From positions 896,001 to 960,000 of the forward strand of contig CBDFJG010000003.1 of NCBI GenBank assembly GCA_965248445.1: a stretch of DNA of 64,000 bases. The letters are read 5' to 3'. Within the stretch, counting starts at the first letter, position 1. Every line of letters starts with the position of its first letter. The notes beneath the pieces are model-generated. The model did not search any database, was not told the origin of the DNA, and was given only the letters and a program-made list of their open reading frames with translations. The position numbers and the translations under genes were made by a program. This DNA comes from Planctomycetota bacterium. Its GTDB lineage: Bacteria > Planctomycetota > JAJSAM01 > JAJVHW01. Below, piece after piece: positions 58,992 to 64,000 of the stretch.

Positions 58992-59010
58992 GAGTCTCCT
59001 TCTGCGCGGG

Positions 59011-60849
59011 TCACGAGTCGCGCTCGACGTGCAAGATACGCCCGCCCAGTTCGCTCTCGATCATCTTCGTGAGCGGCGCCTGGTGGACCGTGTCGATCTC
59101 GGCGGAGGACAGCTTCTCGCGCATCGCGGACGGCGGGCGACGGGGGGCCGCGCCGGCGTCCGCGTCCGGCTCGGGGGCGTCCGGCCGCTCGGTGGTGCGC
59201 ACGCGCAGACGCTCGCCCACGACCTGCTCGACTGCGTCCGCGAGCCGCTCCGCCAGGTCCGCGTCGCCGAGTGCTCCACGGTGGAACCCCGCCGACGGCG
59301 GAAACGAAAGCGTGAGAGCGCCGCCGGCGACGTCCTCGACTCGCGCCGGCTCGAGCGCCGCTCCCAGCCGGCTGCTGAACCCGCGTGCGACCTCGCGCAC
59401 GTTGGCCCACGACGCTGCAAGTGTCTCGAGCGCGATTCCGCCGGACACCACGGCAGGCTCCGGCGGCACGGCCGCGGACGGCGGCGGCCCAGTGGGCCCT
59501 CTGGGCCCACTGGGTACGGCGGGTACGGCGGGTACGGCGGCCGGTGCGACGGCTTCACTCACGGCCACGGGCGCCGCGTGGGCGGCTGGAGCAGGACGGG
59601 CCTGCGCCGGTTTCTGGGGTCCGGCCGGTCTCTGGGGCACGGCCGGTCTCTGGGGCGCAGCCGCGCTCTGGGGCAACGCGGATAGGCGCGCCTCGAGCTT
59701 CTTGACGTCGCGCAGCAACTGATCCACGTAGCGCATGTCGCCGTGTCCCGCGAGGCGGGCCAGCGCCGTCTCCGCGAAGAGGCGGCCCTCGCCGAGGAGT
59801 CGCACGTTCTTGAGCGCCTCGGAAAGGAGCGTGACCGCATACGCGAGCGTCGCGTCGCTGAACTGCGCGGCCTGTTCGGACAGCGCCTGACGCGCGACGC
59901 GGTCTGCAACCACGCCGGCGGCCTGCGGGCCCTGCACCTTCACCAGCAGCAGATCGTGTGCGTGCCGCATCGCCTGACGCAGCAGTTCGCCCGGATCCGT
60001 GCCCGCGTCGAGCAACGCCGAGGTGCGCTCGAGCGCCGTCGCGACATCGCCCGATGCGACCGCCGACCACAGTCCGATCATGAGCTCGGCGGAGACCGTG
60101 CCGAGGAGCGCGTGCAGATCCTCCAGCCGCACGTCGCCACCGCCGCTTCCGCCTCCACCCAGCGTTGCGAGCTGCTCGAGCAGCGACAACGCGTCGCGCA
60201 GCCCGCCGGCCGCCGCCCGCGAGATGGCGACCAGCGCCTGGTCATCGGCGGTCATGCCCTCGCTCTCCGCGATGCGAGCGAGCGTCTCGGCGATCGACGC
60301 TGCGGGAACAGGGCGGAAGTCGAAGCGCTGACAACGCGACAGGATCGTGGCGGGGACCTTCTGCGGATCGGTCGTCGCGAAGATGAACTTCACGTGGGGC
60401 GGCGGCTCCTCCAGCGTCTTGAGGAGCGCGTTGAAGGCCTCGGTCGTCAGCATGTGCACTTCGTCCACGATGTAGACCTTGAAGCGCGTGCGCGCGGGAT
60501 GGAACGACACATTGCCGATCAGGTTGCGCGCGTCGTCCACCTTGCGATGGGAGGCGGCGTCCATCTCGAAGACGTCGAGGTCGTCCCCGCGGGCTGCCGC
60601 CACGCAGAGATCACACTCGCCGCACGGCTCGGTGGTCGGCGCGTCGTGGGACAGGCAGTTGAGTGCCCGTGCCAGGATCCGCGCCATCGACGTCTTTCCG
60701 ACGCCCCGTGGTCCACAGAACATGTAGGCATGCGCGACGCGGCCACTCTTGATGGCGTTCGTCAGCGTGCGCGCGACGGCCTCCTGGCCGACCACCTCCG
60801 TGAACGTGCCCGGACGGTACGTGCGTGCGAGAACCTGATAGCCCGACAT
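59011..60849 (-). CDS. dnaX: DNA polymerase III gamma/tau
   Basis: LARTYRP, GPRGVGKT, DEVHML, FNALLKTLEEPP, SRC; Pro/Ala repeat linker. Confidence 0.96.
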   Translation of the reverse strand: MSGYQVLARTYRPGTFTEVVGQEAVARTLTNAIKSGRVAHAYMFCGPRGVGKTSMARILARALNCLSHDAPTTEPCGECDLCVAAARGDDLDVFEMDAASHRKVDDARNLIGNVSFHPARTRFKVYIVDEVHMLTTEAFNALLKTLEEPPPHVKFIFATTDPQKVPATILSRCQRFDFRPVPAASIAETLARIAESEGMTADDQALVAISRAAAGGLRDALSLLEQLATLGGGGSGGGDVRLEDLHALLGTVSAELMIGLWSAVASGDVATALERTSALLDAGTDPGELLRQAMRHAHDLLLVKVQGPQAAGVVADRVARQALSEQAAQFSDATLAYAVTLLSEALKNVRLLGEGRLFAETALARLAGHGDMRYVDQLLRDVKKLEARLSALPQSAAAPQRPAVPQRPAGPQKPAQARPAPAAHAAPVAVSEAVAPAAVPAVPAVPSGPRGPTGPPPSAAVPPEPAVVSGGIALETLAASWANVREVARGFSSRLGAALEPARVEDVAGGALTLSFPPSAGFHRGALGDADLAERLADAVEQVVGERLRVRTTERPDAPEPDADAGAAPRRPPSAMREKLSSAEIDTVHQAPLTKMIESELGGRILHVERDS

Positions 60850-60945
60850 CGGTCCCGGAACCTACCACGCACAGGCCCCTTCGCCACGTGGCCGGCGCTG
60901 GGAGAATCCGTGGCGCCGCGCCGCCGGCCCGGCATGATCCCGGGC

Positions 60946-61066
60946 GGCGCGGAGGGAGCCTCTCCGGCCGCGTGACGGAAGGACGCGAACCGGGTCAGGT
61001 CCTGACGGAAGCAGCCCTCAGCCCATCCGGCCGGGTGCGTGACCCCGGGGGTGTGAACTCCGCGCC
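60946..61066 (+). ncRNA. ffs: Signal recognition particle RNA
   Basis: GAACCGGGTCAGGTCC-TGAC-GGAAGCAGCC core; ends GGCGCGGAG and CTCCGCGCC pair; dnaX/tadA neighbourhood. Confidence 0.88.
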
Positions 61067-61102
61067 ACTCGCCCCCGTCGCCACAGCGACGGGGGCGAGT
61101 TC
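61067..61102 (+). terminator. Strong hairpin after the SRP RNA
   Basis: ACTCGCCCCCGTCGC-CACA-GCGACGGGGGCGAGT. Confidence 0.65.
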
Positions 61103-61158
61103 GCTTCTGGCCCATCTGCTGACGAAGATGGCGCGATCAGCTGTGCACGGACGCGGAG

Positions 61159-61665
61159 GTGAGTCGGCACGTGAACGAGATCGACCCGGCCGACCACGTG
61201 CGCTTCCAGCGCGAGGCTCTTGCAGAGGCAAGGAAGGCGGCGGACCACGGTGATGTGCCCGTCGGGGCCGTGATCGTCCACGGCGGGCGGGTCATCGGCC
61301 GTGATCGCAACCGGCGCGAGCAACTGCGGGACCCGACCGCTCATGCCGAGATGCTCGCCATCACGCAGGCCGCCGAGGCACTCGGCAGCTGGCGTCTCCT
61401 GGACACGACGCTCTACGTGACTCTCGAGCCGTGCGCCATGTGCGCGGGCGCCATCGTGCTCGCCCGCATCCCCCGGGTGGTCTTCGGAGCGGAGGATCCG
61501 AAGGCCGGTGCCGGCGGCTCCGTGCTCGACCTACTCCGGCATCCGCGCCTCAACCACCGCTCCGACGTGACCGGTGGCGTGCTGGCCGACGAATGCGGTG
61601 CGCTCCTCGTGGACTTCTTTGCCAGCCGCAGAGGAGCCGCGAAAAAGGCCCCCCCCGCCTCGTAG
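61159..61665 (+). CDS. tadA: tRNA adenosine(34) deaminase
   Basis: [30 protein letters not shown]. Confidence 0.93.
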   Translation: MSRHVNEIDPADHVRFQREALAEARKAADHGDVPVGAVIVHGGRVIGRDRNRREQLRDPTAHAEMLAITQAAEALGSWRLLDTTLYVTLEPCAMCAGAIVLARIPRVVFGAEDPKAGAGGSVLDLLRHPRLNHRSDVTGGVLADECGALLVDFFASRRGAAKKAPPAS

Positions 61666-61707
61666 CCGGGTCGCACGCAGCGGTCGTGTGCCCCACTGCA
61701 ATGCCGC

Positions 61708-61797
61708 GGAGGGGTGCCGGAGCGGTCGAACGGGCCGGTTTCGAAAACCGGTGTACGTGCAAGCGTACCGCGGGTTCAAATCCCGCCCCCTCCGCCA
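61708..61797 (+). tRNA. tRNA-Ser(CGA)
   Basis: Cloverleaf with long variable arm; anticodon arm CCGGT-TTCGAAA-ACCGG; encoded CCA. Confidence 0.95.
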
Positions 61798-61969
61798 AGC
61801 ACCCGCTGCCTGCCCGGCTGCGAGGTGAGGGAGGGTGCGGCGCAAGCCGCATCCCAAGCGTCCTGCGGACGGTTGGGAACGAGCGAACGCGAGGCGGCGG
61901 CCACCGGCCGACGACGAGTGTGACGATCAGACACTGGGTCACTCGCGTCTGCGAGTGGCAGCAACACGC

Positions 61970-62059
61970 GGAGGGATGCCGGAGCGGTCGAACGGGCGCG
62001 CTTGGAAAGCGCGTGTGCTTTAACGGGCACCCGGGGTTCGAATCCCCGTCCCTCCGCCA
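61970..62059 (+). tRNA. tRNA-Ser(GGA)
   Basis: Anticodon arm CGCGC-TTGGAAA-GCGCG; long variable arm; GTTCGAATC; encoded CCA. Confidence 0.95.
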
Positions 62060-62140
62060 CTAGATCAATCGGGCCGGCGCCACGTCGGAGGAGAATCACA
62101 TTCTTCTCAACGTCGGCCTGCGCTCCTTCGTCGCTCCGTC

Positions 62141-62163
62141 TCGAATCCCCGTCCCTCCGCCAC
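62141..62163 (+). repeat. 23-bp duplication of the tRNA-Ser(GGA) 3' end
   Basis: TCGAATCCCCGTCCCTCCGCCAC is identical to 62038-62060. Confidence 0.9.
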
Positions 62164-62764
62164 ACGGCATGCGCGATGCGCAGCATCGCTCATGCCGTGC
62201 GGCTCCAGGTTATTGTTGTGCCCATCCGGCCGCCCGAAGTGGGGCGCCACGCGAGCGCGCACGCCGTCGGTCGGGTCGTCCGGGTGGCCTGTTGCGGCGT
62301 CATGGCGCTTGCTCCGCAACCGCCACGCCGCCTTCGCTTCGCGGGTGGCGCAGAACGCGGGCGAGGTCGCGCACGCCCAAGGCGCAGGCGAGGCGGTGCG
62401 TGTCGCGTGCGCCCACGCTTCGCGGGCACGAACGGTCCTCGATTCGCGTCATCGGGAAGCGGTGTACGCACGTCTTGAGGCTGGGATTCTCGGGGGGTTG
62501 CGCGCGGCGGATCTGCGGCGTACAGTCCTTGTAGAAAGACGACGATTGCGCGACTTGAATAGCGCGAACGCGTGGTTCTCGCCTCGCTTCGGGCAACGAC
62601 AAACCGTCACTACGCGCATCGTCGTCTTTCCCATTCGCGCAGCGCACGTCTTGCGCTTCGCTGGGGCCGCCTTTCACTTGTGCGTGGCCGGGTTTCGACA
62701 CCCGCGCGTCTCCACGGACCGTACTCTGTGCGCCGGATTCAGGCAGTCCGGCAGGAGAGCGCGC

Positions 62765-63937
62765 ATGCGGCCCGTGTACCTCGACAACAACGCCACGACG
62801 ACGCTGCTCCCCGAGGTGCTCGATGCGATGGATCCGTTCCTCGCCGGGCAGTTCGGCAACCCGATGACGTCACACCGTTTCGGCGAGGCACCGCGCACCG
62901 CCGTGGACGCCGCGCGCACCGCCGTGCGCCGACTCCTCGGCGACGAGAACGAGGATTTCCGCGTCATCTTCTGTTCGGGAGCGAGCGAAGCACTCAATCA
63001 CGCCATCAAGGGTCTCGCCTTCGCGTCCCTGGAGAACGGACGCGCCGGAACGCGGAAGCGAATCGTCATCGGCGGCATCGAGCACTACGCCTCGCGTCGC
63101 CCGGCGGAGTGGCTCGCGGACCGCTTCGGGTTCGAAGTCATCGAGGTCCCGCCGGACACCGACGGCGTGATCTCCGCGGAGGCGTTTCTCGCGGCCTCGG
63201 ATCCCTGCACCACACTGGCGGCCTCGCTGCACTGGGCGAACAACGAACTCGGGACGATCCAGCCGGTCGAAGAGGTCGGCCGTGCATGCCGCGCGCGCGG
63301 CGTTCCGTTTGTCTGCGACACCGTGCAGATGATCGGGAAGGCAGACGCCACCGGCGCGGCGAGTTTCTCGGATCTGATCACTCTCTCCGCGCACAAGTTC
63401 CACGGTCCCAAGGGCGCCGGGGCGCTGCTCGTCCGAGGTGACCTCGGACTGGACCCGCTCGTGCACGCGGCCGACCAGGAGGGCGGCGAGCGCGGCGGCA
63501 CACACAACGTGGCCGGCATCGCCGGACTGGGGGCCGCAGCGCAGCACGCGGCGACGAACTGGCGGCGCGACTCCGAGCGCTTGCGCGAACTGCGGGACGG
63601 CCTGTTCGCCTCCCTCGCGGCGCTGATCGACGGGATGCACTGGAACGGCCAGGGCGCAGCGCTGCTCCCGAACACACTGAACGTCTCGTTCGAGAGCTGC
63701 CCCTCGCACCTGCTCTGCGAGGAGATGGACCGGCGGGGGTTCGCCATCAGTGCGGGCGCCGCCTGCGAGTCCGGCCGCGTCGCCCCCTCCCACAACCTGG
63801 AAGCCATGGGGCTCCCGCCGGCCCGGTCGACCACCAGCGTCCGCATCTCGCTGGGCGCCGAGACCACGGCTCACGACATGGCGGCCGCAACCCCGGCGTT
63901 CGTGGAGGCAGTCGCGGCTGTCCGCGCCGCGATCTGA
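62765..63937 (+). CDS. Cysteine desulfurase (IscS/NifS family)
   Basis: YLDNNATT, GNP, IEH, NNELG, SAHKFHGPKG, GT.N, SAGAAC. Confidence 0.93.
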   Translation: MRPVYLDNNATTTLLPEVLDAMDPFLAGQFGNPMTSHRFGEAPRTAVDAARTAVRRLLGDENEDFRVIFCSGASEALNHAIKGLAFASLENGRAGTRKRIVIGGIEHYASRRPAEWLADRFGFEVIEVPPDTDGVISAEAFLAASDPCTTLAASLHWANNELGTIQPVEEVGRACRARGVPFVCDTVQMIGKADATGAASFSDLITLSAHKFHGPKGAGALLVRGDLGLDPLVHAADQEGGERGGTHNVAGIAGLGAAAQHAATNWRRDSERLRELRDGLFASLAALIDGMHWNGQGAALLPNTLNVSFESCPSHLLCEEMDRRGFAISAGAACESGRVAPSHNLEAMGLPPARSTTSVRISLGAETTAHDMAAATPAFVEAVAAVRAAI

Positions 63938-63938
63938 A

Positions 63939-63965
63939 GAAGAGACTCCGGTCTCTCTCGTTTGG
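63939..63965 (+). terminator. Putative intrinsic terminator
   Basis: GAGAGAC-TCCG-GTCTCTC hairpin followed by a short T run. Confidence 0.5.
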
Positions 63966-64000
63966 CTCCACGCGCACGCGGCGCGTACTCTCTCCCCGGA

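Noticed and set aside
59480..59680. Short repeats in dnaX as a CRISPR array or programmed frameshift signal
   Set aside because: In-frame 9- and 18-bp Pro/Ala linker repeats without spacers; no A-AAA-AAG or poly-A slippery site seen.
62192..62764. 191-aa N-terminal extension of the cysteine desulfurase
   Set aside because: The family N-terminus (MRPVYLDNNATT) starts at 62765 behind an AGGAG SD; the upstream frame looks non-coding.

Overview
High-GC bacterial window. Gene content and protein styles suggest Planctomycetota (inference only). (1) 1-3.9 kb: 3' part of a large surface protein and an NAD-dependent epimerase. (2) About 3.8-16.1 kb: a mosaic accessory island. Two IS66 fragments bracket a cassette encoding a 12-Cys secreted protein, a membrane-anchored beta-rich protein and a MauE/DoxX protein. 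A decayed prophage tail/lysis segment follows, whose tail-tip gene is split by a 442-bp inversion between two GATC sites. (3) 16.4-35.4 kb: a long minus-strand cluster behind a sigma54-type promoter. It holds two paralogous Ig-like surface proteins, three radical SAM/SPASM enzymes, a GT9, a TMTC-like GT-C/TPR protein, a Ser/Thr kinase-STAND-TPR ORF in frame with an RsbW-like domain, a GAF-PP2C phosphatase and a STAS-PilZ-like protein. This is the best candidate for an undescribed system. (4) 35.5-64 kb: mostly core genes: degenerate PyrB-PyrI-like protein, coaX, two GspC/PDZ-like paralogues, pilT, obgE, rpmA, rplU, RNase E/G, a pilMNO(P)Q operon interrupted by IS1380, the PTS-Ntr/hpf/truA/rpoN block, recR-ybaB-dnaX, SRP RNA, tadA, two tRNA-Ser genes and a cysteine desulfurase. 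Two single-base frameshifts (kinase, secretin) may be sequencing errors. All calls come from motif recognition by eye; no database searches were run.
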